Shown: piece after piece, positions 9,240-17,877 of the stretch | How the letters are laid out: every line of letters begins with the position of its first letter | How positions within the stretch are numbered: position 1 is the stretch's first letter | IMG/VR virus record: IMGVR_UViG_3300045119_000356 | Location: 6,276-70,275 of that record | Origin: a virus | DNA: 64,000 nucleotides | Strand: one strand, 5' to 3' | Notes under the pieces: model-generated | The model's input: only the letters and a program-made list of their open reading frames with translations | Database searches by the model: none | Told to the model about the DNA's origin: nothing | Program-made: the position numbers and the translations under genes

Positions 9240-10793
9240 CTAGGCCGGTTGACCAGCGCCATCTTCAGCGCCTTCTCCTTCTCCATCACCTTCGCCTTCT
9301 CCCGGTTTTTTCTGGCCGTTGTTACCCGACCCAGGGAGTTGGTCGAAGATCCCAGTCAACGGACGTGAGTCTTGCATATCCCTGCGAATCCGATCTTCCT
9401 CTTCTTCAACTTGTTTCTCGGACCAGTCAGGGTGCTGCTCCTCGATAGCAACGCGACGCGAGCGGATCTGTCCTTGCACCGCCGCAGCATTGCGATCAAC
9501 GATTTCGGTCTCATCCTCCGGCAGGGTCGAGCCGCGCTCCATGCTCGGAGGCGTGGTTGCGTCGGCCCACTTGACGCCGAAGCCGCCCTCATCCAGTGAA
9601 AGTTCGTCGAGCATCTGCATGATCGCGAGGATTCCCGGCAACCCAGTGCGCTTGTCGTCCCAGAACTGCCCGCGCTCATCACCGGCCGCGGTCGTCGGGA
9701 TCAGCCGCACCTTCAACGCGGTGCCGGAGACGGCGAGCCCTTCCTGCGTAGAGCCGGCACCGACGAACTGCGCGACGATGCCGATTCGACCCAGGCCATC
9801 CTCGGCTAGACCTCGGCGCCATTCGAGGATCTGCTGTGCCTTGAAATCGTACTCCAGCACTCGGAGCTGCGAGCCGCCGGTTTCATCGGGCATCTCACTG
9901 TCGAGCGACTCAGCCGACCAGACTTCCTGGTCGCGCAGATTGCCTTCTTCGTCGAAGGCCGATGCCGGCGCGACCATGCGCTGCTTCAGCGTCATGCGCG
10001 CATTCTCGGCACCGATGGTCAAGCCCTCGTTCACGTCATGGAGCATGTCTTTGATCCGGAAGTAGTCGCTGACGCCGAGCGTCGGATCGACGCCTTCGGT
10101 GTTCGGAACGCGCCCCGCGAGCATCGCCGGCAAGCCGTGCGCCCACTGCTCCTCCAGGTCGGCCGTCTCCGAAAAGCGGGTCAGCGGCACCTGCTGACCG
10201 AGCGTGCTTTTAGTCCCTTCGAAGAGAATGTTCTGCACCTCGCCGCGTTCGTGGATCTCGAAGTGGCGGAAGACGGTTGCAGTCGGCTTCTGTTCGATGT
10301 CATCGGTGTCGTAGCGACTGACGAAGGCGCATGCCGCAAGCCGCGGCCCGATCCAGAGAGGAAAGACGGCGGTGCGCGAGTACCACTCGACCAGCGGCAC
10401 CTCAGCTAGGTCTGGGTCGGCCTTGATCCGCCACCAGACCTCGCCCTCGGAGGAGGAGGTCCGCACAGCCCGCTGCAACTGCGCCGGGAAGCCGTTGTCT
10501 TCAGCGATTTCATCGAGACGCTTCGCGTCGCTCTCTTTGGCCGGCGTCAACACCGGCCGGCGGCCGAAGAGCAGCGAAGCGAAGGCGTCAGAGATCTTCG
10601 GTGCCAGTGGATCGATCTGGTAGTAGCGATCCGTGTCCTTCCACAGCGGGTGGTCGAGCTTCAGCTTCGCGCGTTCGGACTCTCGAAACGCGATCCAGAC
10701 GCCGATCTCTTCCCCAACCTTCTTGAACGGTCCGGTCGGCCAGATCGAAGTTCGGTCCAGACGTTCGACCAGTTTGTCGATCCAGATCCCCAT
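9240..10793 (-). CDS. Portal protein
   Basis: About 517 aa; P..ISD.FA.LLFG, GE.WWR, PN....LG.SDY and SGTALKVR motifs; HPDWS...V..E..RI C-terminus of SPP1/A118-like portals; TAATG coupling. Confidence 0.9.
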   Translation of the reverse strand: MGIWIDKLVERLDRTSIWPTGPFKKVGEEIGVWIAFRESERAKLKLDHPLWKDTDRYYQIDPLAPKISDAFASLLFGRRPVLTPAKESDAKRLDEIAEDNGFPAQLQRAVRTSSSEGEVWWRIKADPDLAEVPLVEWYSRTAVFPLWIGPRLAACAFVSRYDTDDIEQKPTATVFRHFEIHERGEVQNILFEGTKSTLGQQVPLTRFSETADLEEQWAHGLPAMLAGRVPNTEGVDPTLGVSDYFRIKDMLHDVNEGLTIGAENARMTLKQRMVAPASAFDEEGNLRDQEVWSAESLDSEMPDETGGSQLRVLEYDFKAQQILEWRRGLAEDGLGRIGIVAQFVGAGSTQEGLAVSGTALKVRLIPTTAAGDERGQFWDDKRTGLPGILAIMQMLDELSLDEGGFGVKWADATTPPSMERGSTLPEDETEIVDRNAAAVQGQIRSRRVAIEEQHPDWSEKQVEEEEDRIRRDMQDSRPLTGIFDQLPGSGNNGQKKPGEGEGDGEGEGAEDGAGQPA

Positions 10794-10959
10794 TAGCGGC
10801 TCGGCTCCAGCAACGCCCACATGCGCCAAGACAACAGCGCCAACGACTCACCGTCTTCCCCAAGACGGACGGCAAGAAAGTGGTCTACGCCCTGCCTACG
10901 GAAGGTGTAGACCCGCTCCATCAGCGAACTCGCCGCGACTTTGAGGTATGGCGCTGCTC

Positions 10960-10992
10960 ACGTCCGCTCACGGGCGCAAGCCTAGCGCGACT
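10960..10992. repeat. 33-bp perfect direct repeat, copy 1 (contains minus-strand TAGGCT -10 and GTG start)
   Basis: acgtccgctcacgggcgcaagcctagcgcgact, identical to 12600-12632. Confidence 0.95.
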
Positions 10993-11596
10993 ACCGCAGC
11001 TTGCCGTAGCGCAGGGCCTTGAAGAGCCGCGCCCAGCGGATGACACTGGCAACGTTGTAGTGCGGGCCGGGATCGCTGTGGCCGCCGCCAGCGGCACCGA
11101 GATCGCTGTGGCGCACGACCCCTGAGCGCGCGACGGTGTCGCCAGAAACCTTGCCGCGGCGGATCGGGACGCCGTGCTCATGAGACCACTGGGCGATCCA
11201 GCGCGCAGCCTCGCGCCGCTCTGCGCGCGTCCATTTGCCCTGAGCTGCGAAGCCGATCTGCTCGATGCCCAAGGCGACGCGATTGAAGGCGGCTACGTGC
11301 CAAGCCGCACTGCGATCCGGCACGAAGCGCGCCGACCAGCCATCGCCATCGACCGCGACCTGCGAAGCCGCCTCAGTCGAGGCCTGCGCGAAGAAGTCGC
11401 CCAGTCCCTCCAGATCCTCGACGGATTTGAACTTGTTCTGCCCCTCGGTGTCGTGCAGCACGAAGAGCAGCACACGCTCGATACCGCTCGCATAGCAGTT
11501 GGGCGATTGGTGCCGAACGACGACCTTCGGCTTGACGCGCGGGCGCCGCCGTGGCCGGCGATGCTTGTACGGGTTGGACTTCGTCTTGTGCGCCAT
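10991..11596 (-). CDS. N-acetylmuramoyl-L-alanine amidase (Amidase_2 family) lysin
   Basis: VLHDTE, AWHV...N...LGIE, HSDL and HSDPG zinc-amidase motifs; Arg/Lys-rich N-terminus. Confidence 0.9.
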   Translation of the reverse strand: MAHKTKSNPYKHRRPRRRPRVKPKVVVRHQSPNCYASGIERVLLFVLHDTEGQNKFKSVEDLEGLGDFFAQASTEAASQVAVDGDGWSARFVPDRSAAWHVAAFNRVALGIEQIGFAAQGKWTRAERREAARWIAQWSHEHGVPIRRGKVSGDTVARSGVVRHSDLGAAGGGHSDPGPHYNVASVIRWARLFKALRYGKLR

Positions 11597-11844
11597 CAGG
11601 TCTCCTTCAAGATCCCGCGCACCTCGTCAGCCGATGCCGGTTTCGGTTTCACGACCTGCGCGCCCCATTTACGGCCGGCGGCGGGAGTCGTTCGATACCA
11701 GAGGAGCAAGCCCAAACCAGGCATCGCTGCACTCCCTTCCGGAGCACCGTCGCCGCGCTTCCAGTCGCACCCCAACCGCTGCCCGCGGCCGAGCATCAGT
11801 GTGAAGTGCCAGCGCCCAACGTGAAGACGAAGTCGCTTGCGCAT
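11596..11844 (-). CDS. Hypothetical protein
   Basis: 82 aa; TGATG overlaps at both ends couple it to the peptidase and amidase genes. Confidence 0.5.
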   Translation of the reverse strand: MRKRLRLHVGRWHFTLMLGRGQRLGCDWKRGDGAPEGSAAMPGLGLLLWYRTTPAAGRKWGAQVVKPKPASADEVRGILKET

Positions 11845-12611
11845 CAGGCCTGGCCACACTCCACCGTGCTGACGCGCAACCGGTCGTGGGGTGACCACAG
11901 CCGTCGCCTGCGCTCGCGGCGGGAGCCGCGTGGGAACCCGGCCGGGCGCACGCCCGCGACCTCCTCAGCGTCTATGCGCTCGCCACCGACTTGATGCCAG
12001 CCCTCGTCAACGTGACGAAGATCCAGGAAGGAGAGGTATCCGCCTCGAGCGATCTCGAAAGGTTCGGTGACATGGCCGCCGTAGGAGAGCTTGACGCCCT
12101 TCCTGGCATGGTTGTAATCGAAGAACTGCGGCAGGACGAAATCTGAAAGCAAGACGCCTTCTACTTCGATCCCGAACTCATCTGCCTCAACGGCGTCGCA
12201 GTTCTCTTCCGCGTAGAGCTTCCCGCTGCGCGGATCAAGCACGGTGCGGTTGATCCAGGGGTCGCCCAGCATCTCCAGCGTCTCATGGCCGATCGTGACC
12301 GAGATCTCCGCGCCCGCTTCCTGCGTCGTCTTGGCGAAGGCCTTGCCGACTGGCAGTAGCGCCGGGGTCAGGTCGTGATAACCGAGCGCGCCGGCCTGGT
12401 CGGCGTCGTCAGTAGCGACGATCCACCATGCGTTCGGGTCGGCCTTCGAGCCGCGCGGGACGAATTCGATCTTCGCCGCGGTGCCCCAGGTCGGCCGAAA
12501 CTGCACGTCGATCTGCCGCTGGAGAGCCTTCGCGATCTTGGCGCCCTCAACATCGTCCAGCAACGGCGACTCGTTGACGATCTGCAACCGAATCCGCATA
12601 CGTCCGCTCAC
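11844..12611 (-). CDS. Putative zinc metallopeptidase (HExxE type)
   Basis: GALGYH, SVT..HETLEML.DP, E.CD.VE and SDFV.P..F motifs; leaderless GTG start. Confidence 0.6.
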   Translation of the reverse strand: MSGRMRIRLQIVNESPLLDDVEGAKIAKALQRQIDVQFRPTWGTAAKIEFVPRGSKADPNAWWIVATDDADQAGALGYHDLTPALLPVGKAFAKTTQEAGAEISVTIGHETLEMLGDPWINRTVLDPRSGKLYAEENCDAVEADEFGIEVEGVLLSDFVLPQFFDYNHARKGVKLSYGGHVTEPFEIARGGYLSFLDLRHVDEGWHQVGGERIDAEEVAGVRPAGFPRGSRRERRRRLWSPHDRLRVSTVECGQA

Positions 12612-12632
12612 GGGCGCAAGCCTAGCGCGACT
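12600..12632. repeat. 33-bp perfect direct repeat, copy 2
   Basis: Identical to 10960-10992, 1640 bp away. Confidence 0.95.
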
Positions 12633-12655
12633 GCTTTGCCCTTCGCTTGCACGGC

Positions 12656-12754
12656 GCGCACCCTAGCACCTGAGTGCTCGGCCCTATCGCCGAAGCCAGC
12701 GAGGAGTCGGTGCAGGTCCGGCGGCGGCCGAAGCACTCAGGTCGGCGCACCCTA
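12656..12754. repeat. Inverted-repeat element flanked by 10-bp direct repeats
   Basis: gcgcacccta at 12656-12665 and 12745-12754 flank acctgagtgct-cggcc ... ggccg-a-agcactcaggt. Confidence 0.7.
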
Positions 12755-12976
12755 CTACGGAAAGCGGCGTTTCCCGCCAGCAATCACAAGGATCTCCCTC
12801 GCGCCCAGGCGCTCGCACGATGAACGCGACTCATCACCCCACTGGGTGGTTTCGCCGGTCTGTTTTGCGGCTGCAACCCGCGCATGTGCGGATGAGAGAG
12901 CGTCTACGACGATCACGTTGACACCCGCAACCCAGCGGCCTCGGCGCTGCAAGACGTACGTCCGCTCGTTCTCCAT
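12755..12976 (-). CDS. Hypothetical protein
   Basis: 73 aa; TGcTACGCT extended -10 (12983-12988) 6 nt before the ATG. Confidence 0.5.
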   Translation of the reverse strand: MENERTYVLQRRGRWVAGVNVIVVDALSSAHARVAAAKQTGETTQWGDESRSSCERLGAREILVIAGGKRRFP

Positions 12977-12986
12977 CGAGCAAGCG

Positions 12987-13002
12987 TAGCACCTAGGTTC
13001 TA
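12987..13002. promoter_or_regulatory. Palindromic operator overlapping an extended -10
   Basis: TAGCACCTAGGTTCTA. Confidence 0.65.
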
Positions 13003-14838
13003 GCGAGCGTGAGCTTTGACTGCCTCCGGCGCGTCGCCCGCGATCAGCGCGTCGGGACCGTGGTCCTCGCCCTTCTCGATTCGGCCGGTGCCATCATCTT
13101 TGAGCTCCAGCCCGCGAAGCTGGCGCAGCAGCACTTTGTTGCGCGGGCTAATCGCGATCACTCCGGTGCCGTCGCAGTATTCGTCGTCGTCTTCGGCCAG
13201 GTCGCGCAGCCGCGTCGCCATCGACTTGGCCGAGCGCGTGAACAACGAGCGCAGGTGGTCCTTCGTGTCGTCCTTGTACTTCGCGAACGGAATCGGGGTC
13301 ACGCGGATCTGCGGTTTGCCCGCCTTGCGCGTCGTGTCCCAGAGCCTCAGCAACTCCTCGTTGGAGTGCACCGTTTTGACGAAGGTGCGCCGACTCTGGA
13401 TGCCGGCGGCGTCATAGCGGAAGGATCGCATCAGCGGCGCGATGTCCTCTTCAGGACCGTGCCCGTTCGAGCAAGCCCATTCCTGCACCTGCTCAATCGA
13501 CTCACAGAACTGGCGCGTTGACTCCCCGACCTCCTGCGGCGTCTCCGGCGCGACCTCGCCAGGCGGCACGTACCAGCCACCGCCCTCCAGCGGCCAGAGC
13601 ACCAGCAGGTGGGTGTACTCCCCGAAGTCCCCACCGGAGAAGAGCTGCTCCGGTAGCACGAGTTCGCCGGCCAGCAACTGCTCGTCGAGCTCGCCGCCAA
13701 GCCGCTCCGCCGCGTTGATCCCCGCCGGGCTGTAGACGCGCAGCCCACCGACGACCGAGAAGGCGTCGTCTTCGGTCTCCGGGTGCTCCTTCAGGAAGTC
13801 CTCCTCGCTGAGGTACTTCTTGCGCTCGCGCCGTCGCCAATCCGCCGAGCGATTCGGATGCACGGAGTCAGCCAGGAAGATCGGCACCAGGCCGACCTCA
13901 TCGTCGCCGGAGGTGGCCTGCTGCCAGAGCCGCGCGAAGGTCTGCCCATCGCCGGGCGCCTCCGCCGGCCCATTGCCGGTCGAGATCAGGCAGAGGCGCC
14001 CGCGCGTGCCAAGCGTCGCGAGCAGCGCGGTCAGCGTTTTCTCCGCGCCGCCGTTGCGAGTGAAGGCCGCCTCGTCCCAGATCACGAAGCTGGCCGTCTC
14101 CGAGCGCGCGTCGTCGGGGTTGGAGGTCAGCGAGACCATCTCGCCGCGGTCGGCTATGCCGAATTTGGAGAGCGACCCTTTCGTTTCGGGATCCTCTTCG
14201 GCGCGCAGGTAACCGGGCAGCAGCTCGTTGATCCGCCGCGCCCGCTGGAGCAGTTTCTTCGCGTCCTCGGACTTCTTGGAGAGCGCCATCACCTTCGCCA
14301 CCGGAGTCGCCGGGTCGAAGGCGAGCATGTGGAAGGCCTGATGTAGCGCCAGCCAGGTGAGACCGAGCTGCCGCGCCTTCAGCACGATCACCCGCAGCGC
14401 CTCGACCATCTCGCGAAGCGCCTCGGCCTGCGCCGACCAGAGATCGAACGGGATCGGCGGGCCCTCCTCAGGCTGAACGTGGCCGTAGCCGCGGATGAAA
14501 TACTCGACCGCGGTCATCAGCAGCCGCGCGTCGGCGCCCTCGCCTTCCCACAGCCCGTGCTTGACCCGCCGCCGCTCGCGCTCTTGCCACGCCGCCGAGA
14601 GCGCAGGGTCTGAGGCCAGCATCAACCGGTCGGCCATCGAGAGCCTGCGAATCGCCGCCGGCCAGAACGGGCGCGAGGCAACGTCGCCCGCGACCTCGGC
14701 GTGCCAGAGACCCAGCACCTGCGCATCTACGTCTGAGAGCTCCCGAACTTCCTCCGGATCAAGCCCAGTCGGCGTTTCGGGGTGCCAGAGCTCAGCTTCT
14801 GAGACCAGTAGGCCCGACTCGCGCTCAGCTACGGCCAT
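13000..14838 (-). CDS. terL: Terminase large subunit
   Basis: VLKARQLGLT (Walker A), VIWDEAAF (Walker B), ISTGNG coupling motif; GDFG and DHGPDAL nuclease-domain acidic motifs. Confidence 0.93.
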   Translation of the reverse strand: MAVAERESGLLVSEAELWHPETPTGLDPEEVRELSDVDAQVLGLWHAEVAGDVASRPFWPAAIRRLSMADRLMLASDPALSAAWQERERRRVKHGLWEGEGADARLLMTAVEYFIRGYGHVQPEEGPPIPFDLWSAQAEALREMVEALRVIVLKARQLGLTWLALHQAFHMLAFDPATPVAKVMALSKKSEDAKKLLQRARRINELLPGYLRAEEDPETKGSLSKFGIADRGEMVSLTSNPDDARSETASFVIWDEAAFTRNGGAEKTLTALLATLGTRGRLCLISTGNGPAEAPGDGQTFARLWQQATSGDDEVGLVPIFLADSVHPNRSADWRRRERKKYLSEEDFLKEHPETEDDAFSVVGGLRVYSPAGINAAERLGGELDEQLLAGELVLPEQLFSGGDFGEYTHLLVLWPLEGGGWYVPPGEVAPETPQEVGESTRQFCESIEQVQEWACSNGHGPEEDIAPLMRSFRYDAAGIQSRRTFVKTVHSNEELLRLWDTTRKAGKPQIRVTPIPFAKYKDDTKDHLRSLFTRSAKSMATRLRDLAEDDDEYCDGTGVIAISPRNKVLLRQLRGLELKDDGTGRIEKGEDHGPDALIAGDAPEAVKAHAR

Positions 14839-15146
14839 CAGACGCTGCTCCAGACGCCGCGCCGCAAGAAGCCATGCCAGCGATCGCTGTGCGGGAAGAC
14901 GATGGACGGCGCCACGGTGATCGTGCCATCGGGGTGCTCGGTCACCTGGTGGTTATCCCTAAGCGTGCAGATGTTGCCGCTCGGAGACTTGACGTACCAG
15001 CACCAGAACTTGCCGCTGCTCGTCACCCGCAGATAGGCGCCCGGCGGTGCAATGTTCTGCCGAACGCCGTCGCGCAGCTCCTCCCAGGCATCCCATCCTG
15101 GGCCTGGCTCGCCCATCACCGCGTCAGGCAACCGCGTGCCCTGCAT
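14838..15146 (-). CDS. DUF6527-like hypothetical protein
   Basis: DGTITV.PSI and WHGFLR.G.W motifs. Confidence 0.55.
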   Translation of the reverse strand: MQGTRLPDAVMGEPGPGWDAWEELRDGVRQNIAPPGAYLRVTSSGKFWCWYVKSPSGNICTLRDNHQVTEHPDGTITVAPSIVFPHSDRWHGFLRRGVWSSV

Positions 15147-15280
15147 CAGGGCACCCTCAACCGCAGGCGCCGCAACAGCTCATCGCTGGAGTTGGGGTCG
15201 CGACCAGCCCGCTTTGAGCGCCGTCGCCAACGCCGATCTCGGCGCCGAGCCTTCATCTCCCTGCGACTCCGGGTGTCCAC
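15146..15280 (-). CDS. Small Arg-rich peptide (44 aa), not in the supplied ORF track
   Basis: GTG at 15280 follows a TAGGAT -10 (15287-15292); TGATG-coupled to the next gene. Confidence 0.4.
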   Translation of the reverse strand: MDTRSRREMKARRRDRRWRRRSKRAGRDPNSSDELLRRLRLRVP

Positions 15281-15339
15281 GCTCCGATCCTAGCCTCCCG
15301 TCTCGCGCGTCCGCAGAGGCGTACGGGCGGGCGGCCACA

Positions 15340-15500
15340 CGGGGCACCCCCGCGCTCCGTCTCGGTGTGGATAACTTGGATAACTGTCGCCTATCCGCTT
15401 CAAAGCCCTGCAAGCTACGCAAGAGCTACCCCCTTGGATAGCGGATAACGCCTCCTTACGCGGGCGCGCGGGGGCGCGGGCGCGTAGGACGGCTATCCGC
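15340..15500. other. Origin-like element A: six TATCC repeats including a perfect DnaA box, plus a CG-rich tract
   Basis: TGTGGATAA at 15366-15374; GGATA/TATCC at 15369, 15378, 15392, 15436, 15443 and 15494. Confidence 0.45.
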
Positions 15501-15790
15501 GGTGGGGTACGCTGAGCACGCCTGGAGGCACCGCGGAGCATGGTCGAGGGCCGCGGCGTAGCCACTCCGGGCGGCGGTGACGGCGCGCTCGCACTTACCG
15601 GGGCTGAGCGCGACGGCCGCCTGGGCGAACGCCCTCCGTCTTCAGGTGCGACGAGCGCAACCAGTGACGGAGGGCGAAGCGCATCGCTTCTAGGTAACCC
15701 GCCCCCTCACGAGCGATCGGCTAGGGACGGCGCGCCTAGCGAGGCTCAGACCTCACGCCAAACGACAAGGCAACCTGAGTCCCACTAGGT
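15500..15790 (-). ncRNA. Candidate structured non-coding RNA or leader
   Basis: Downstream of promoter/operator 15799-15817; several long stems, e.g. 15630-15640/15666-15676; no credible ORF. Confidence 0.35.
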
Positions 15791-15801
15791 CGGTAGAAGC
15801 C

Positions 15802-15817
15802 TAGCACCTAGGTACAA
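15802..15817. promoter_or_regulatory. Palindromic operator with minus-strand TGcTAGGCT extended -10
   Basis: TAGCACCTAGGTACAA. Confidence 0.7.
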
Positions 15818-15821
15818 CAGA

Positions 15822-15995
15822 GCGCGGGCGGCCCGCAGAGGTCCGGGCTTGCAAGTCCTCGCCTCTGCGGTCGTCAGTTGCCTTCCCGCATGACCCCGCC
15901 TTTAGGTTCGACGATTCGGCGGGGAACCTTACACCGGTCCCTCTCCATTTGGTCGTCGATGCCTCGGCGACGTAAGATCGGGCTCAGCGTTAAGT
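15822..15995 (-). ncRNA. Candidate ~170-nt small RNA
   Basis: Lies between promoter/operator 16000-16018 and a 3' hairpin (15833-15841/15862-15870); internal stem 15894-15900/15918-15924. Confidence 0.4.
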
Positions 15996-16002
15996 CTCAG
16001 TG

Positions 16003-16018
16003 TAGCACCTAGGTACAA
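16003..16018. promoter_or_regulatory. Palindromic operator with minus-strand TGcTACACT extended -10
   Basis: TAGCACCTAGGTACAA, identical to 15802-15817. Confidence 0.7.
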
Positions 16019-16060
16019 AGACGGCCCGCCGCGCGAGGCAGGGGTGTCGCGCGGCGGGCC
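16017..16060 (-). terminator. Intrinsic terminator-like hairpin
   Basis: 14-bp stem 16023-16036/16047-16060, followed on the minus strand by gtctttgt. Confidence 0.7.
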
Positions 16061-16133
16061 TGGGTGTGCCGCGCTCGGGAAATGGCGTCGGCCACTGTGG
16101 CGCTCGCAGCCTACATCGCGAGCACCGTGCTGG

Positions 16134-16412
16134 CTACTCCTGCGAGCCGCCGGCGCTCTCGGCCTCGCCGCCGGCCTGCGAGGCCTCGGACTGCTCGCCC
16201 TCGCCGTTGTCGCCGGTCGCGGTCTCGTCGGTGACCTGATCCATGACCTGGCCGACCGAGACCTGCGTCTCGTCGGGCACGGTGATCGTCAGCTCCTGGC
16301 TGGCGCCGACTTCAGCCGTCTCGCAGATCACCGTCTCCTCGCCCTCGCTGATGCCAGCCAGGAGCTCGACCTTCGAGACGCCGCCCTCGTTGCACACCTT
16401 GATCTCTAACAC
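16134..16412 (-). CDS. Small highly acidic protein in a stand-alone expression cassette
   Basis: Strong RBS gaaggag; own promoter/operator upstream and terminator downstream. Confidence 0.7.
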   Translation of the reverse strand: MLEIKVCNEGGVSKVELLAGISEGEETVICETAEVGASQELTITVPDETQVSVGQVMDQVTDETATGDNGEGEQSEASQAGGEAESAGGSQE

Positions 16413-16458
16413 GTGCTTCTCCTTCGTTCGTTGGGGGAATTCCCGCAGGGGAATCTAC

Positions 16459-16474
16459 CAGTACCTAGGTGCAA
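16459..16474. promoter_or_regulatory. Palindromic operator with minus-strand TGgTAGATT extended -10
   Basis: CAGTACCTAGGTGCAA. Confidence 0.7.
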
Positions 16475-16596
16475 GCGCGGCGCCGCGACCGTGTCCGGCC
16501 GAGCACCGCGGCGGTTGCCAAAGGAGCGAGGGATAACCCCTCCGAAATTGGCTCTTACGGGCACCGCCTGCACCCGATGCAAAAGCAACTGCGCGA

Positions 16597-16977
16597 TCAG
16601 TGTACCTGGGTTCCGGGCAGCTCGTCGGCCTTGTCCTGATTGCAAGATTTGCACAGCGTCTGAAGGTTTTCGTCGTCGTTGCTGCCGCCCTTGGAGAGCG
16701 GCACGATGTGGTCGATGGTCAGGTTGTCTTTGCGCCCGCACCACATGCAGCGCCGGCCGTCGCGTTTGTAGATCCGCTCGCGCTTGCTTGACGAGATTGT
16801 GCCTCTTCGCTTGCGTTTAGCTCGTTCGATTTCCTTCCGTCGCTGGTGCCGAGTTGGCTTGCGAGCCACGAGCTCCCAGCCGGTCTCGCTGTAGCCGACT
16901 GCGCAGACCTCGCAGACAAACGGCGGGTTCTTGCCCAGGAAGACCGAGCCGCAGCGCGTGTGCTTCCAGGCAGCCAA
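16597..16977 (-). CDS. HNH endonuclease
   Basis: RD..RC.WCG, LTIDHIVPLSKGG...NLQTLC..CN..K motif; N-terminal Zn-ribbon. Confidence 0.9.
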   Translation of the reverse strand: MAAWKHTRCGSVFLGKNPPFVCEVCAVGYSETGWELVARKPTRHQRRKEIERAKRKRRGTISSSKRERIYKRDGRRCMWCGRKDNLTIDHIVPLSKGGSNDDENLQTLCKSCNQDKADELPGTQVH

Positions 16978-17066
16978 GTGCTAGAGACGCGCGAACGAGA
17001 TGACAACCCAGACCCAAAGCACAACGATCAGCACCTGCAAACCATGTCCGACTACCTGTGGGACGG

Positions 17067-17459
17067 TCACGCCGCGTAGTCCCTGATCAGCCGCTCCAGC
17101 TTGCTCGGCTCCATGTCGGCCAGTTCGGCGTAGGTGTCGCCATGACAAGGCAGCGGTGCGCAATGGCAGGCGAGGCGCTTGCCACGGATCGAGTCCAGCC
17201 ATGCGCGCAGCTCGGGGCCCTCGGCCGAGCTCAGCCGCTGGAGGAACTCGATGCGATGCGCCTCGACCGCCGCGGCGCGATCGGGGACGAGCTCCAGGGT
17301 CTGAAAGAGCGTCGAGCTCTGCATCCCCGGAATGCGATAGCCGGCACGAGAAGCGTGCGTCGTGAAGCGATTGCCCCAGCGCGTCGAGCGGTCGATCACC
17401 ACCACATCGGCGTCGGCAACGCTGACTTCTCCGCGGCGAACTACGGTCGTCTGGTTCAC
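17067..17459 (-). CDS. DUF4326 domain protein
   Basis: V.IDR.T.WGN.F and GK.LAC.CAP.PCHGD motifs. Confidence 0.8.
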   Translation of the reverse strand: MNQTTVVRRGEVSVADADVVVIDRSTRWGNRFTTHASRAGYRIPGMQSSTLFQTLELVPDRAAAVEAHRIEFLQRLSSAEGPELRAWLDSIRGKRLACHCAPLPCHGDTYAELADMEPSKLERLIRDYAA

Positions 17460-17877
17460 GTCCTGCTCCTGTCTGATCGTCGTCGCTCGCGTTCGAGCTC
17501 CAGGTTCCCCTGTAAAAGGCGGAGTAACGCCGAGGGCCTGCGTCGCAGCGCGACGGCGATCGCCTTCACGCCTCGAACCCTTCCCGTTGCAACTGCTCGC
17601 GCATCTTGCTGCGGTAGTAGTTCCGAACGCCCTCGCCAGTCTGCTCCCAGGTGCGAACCTGCTCGGGATGCTCGCCTTCCTTGCGGCGCTTTTCGTAGTG
17701 GAAACGTGCTTCTGACTCGACTTCGGTTCTACATCTCAAGCTGCTCAGACTCCATCGCACCATCGGCCTCGCTCGGCATTTGCAGGGTGTTGCGCCAATC
17801 CTCCAGCGGCCCCCAAGCACAGACAGGGCAGGTGTTCGAGTCGGTGACGATCACGGATTCCTGGCACTTGGGGCAGA

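Noticed and set aside
10960-12632. attL/attR prophage boundaries
   Set aside because: Phage genes lie on both sides, the enclosed segment is only 1.6 kb, and there is no integrase or tRNA; treated as a cassette repeat instead.
15833-15877. Hammerhead ribozyme (minus-strand CUGACGA followed by a stem)
   Set aside because: The stem is followed by GCCG rather than the required GAAA, and no stems I/III with an NUH site were found.
15295-16130. tRNA or tmRNA genes in the non-coding gap
   Set aside because: No cloverleaf with a properly placed T-loop and acceptor stem could be built.
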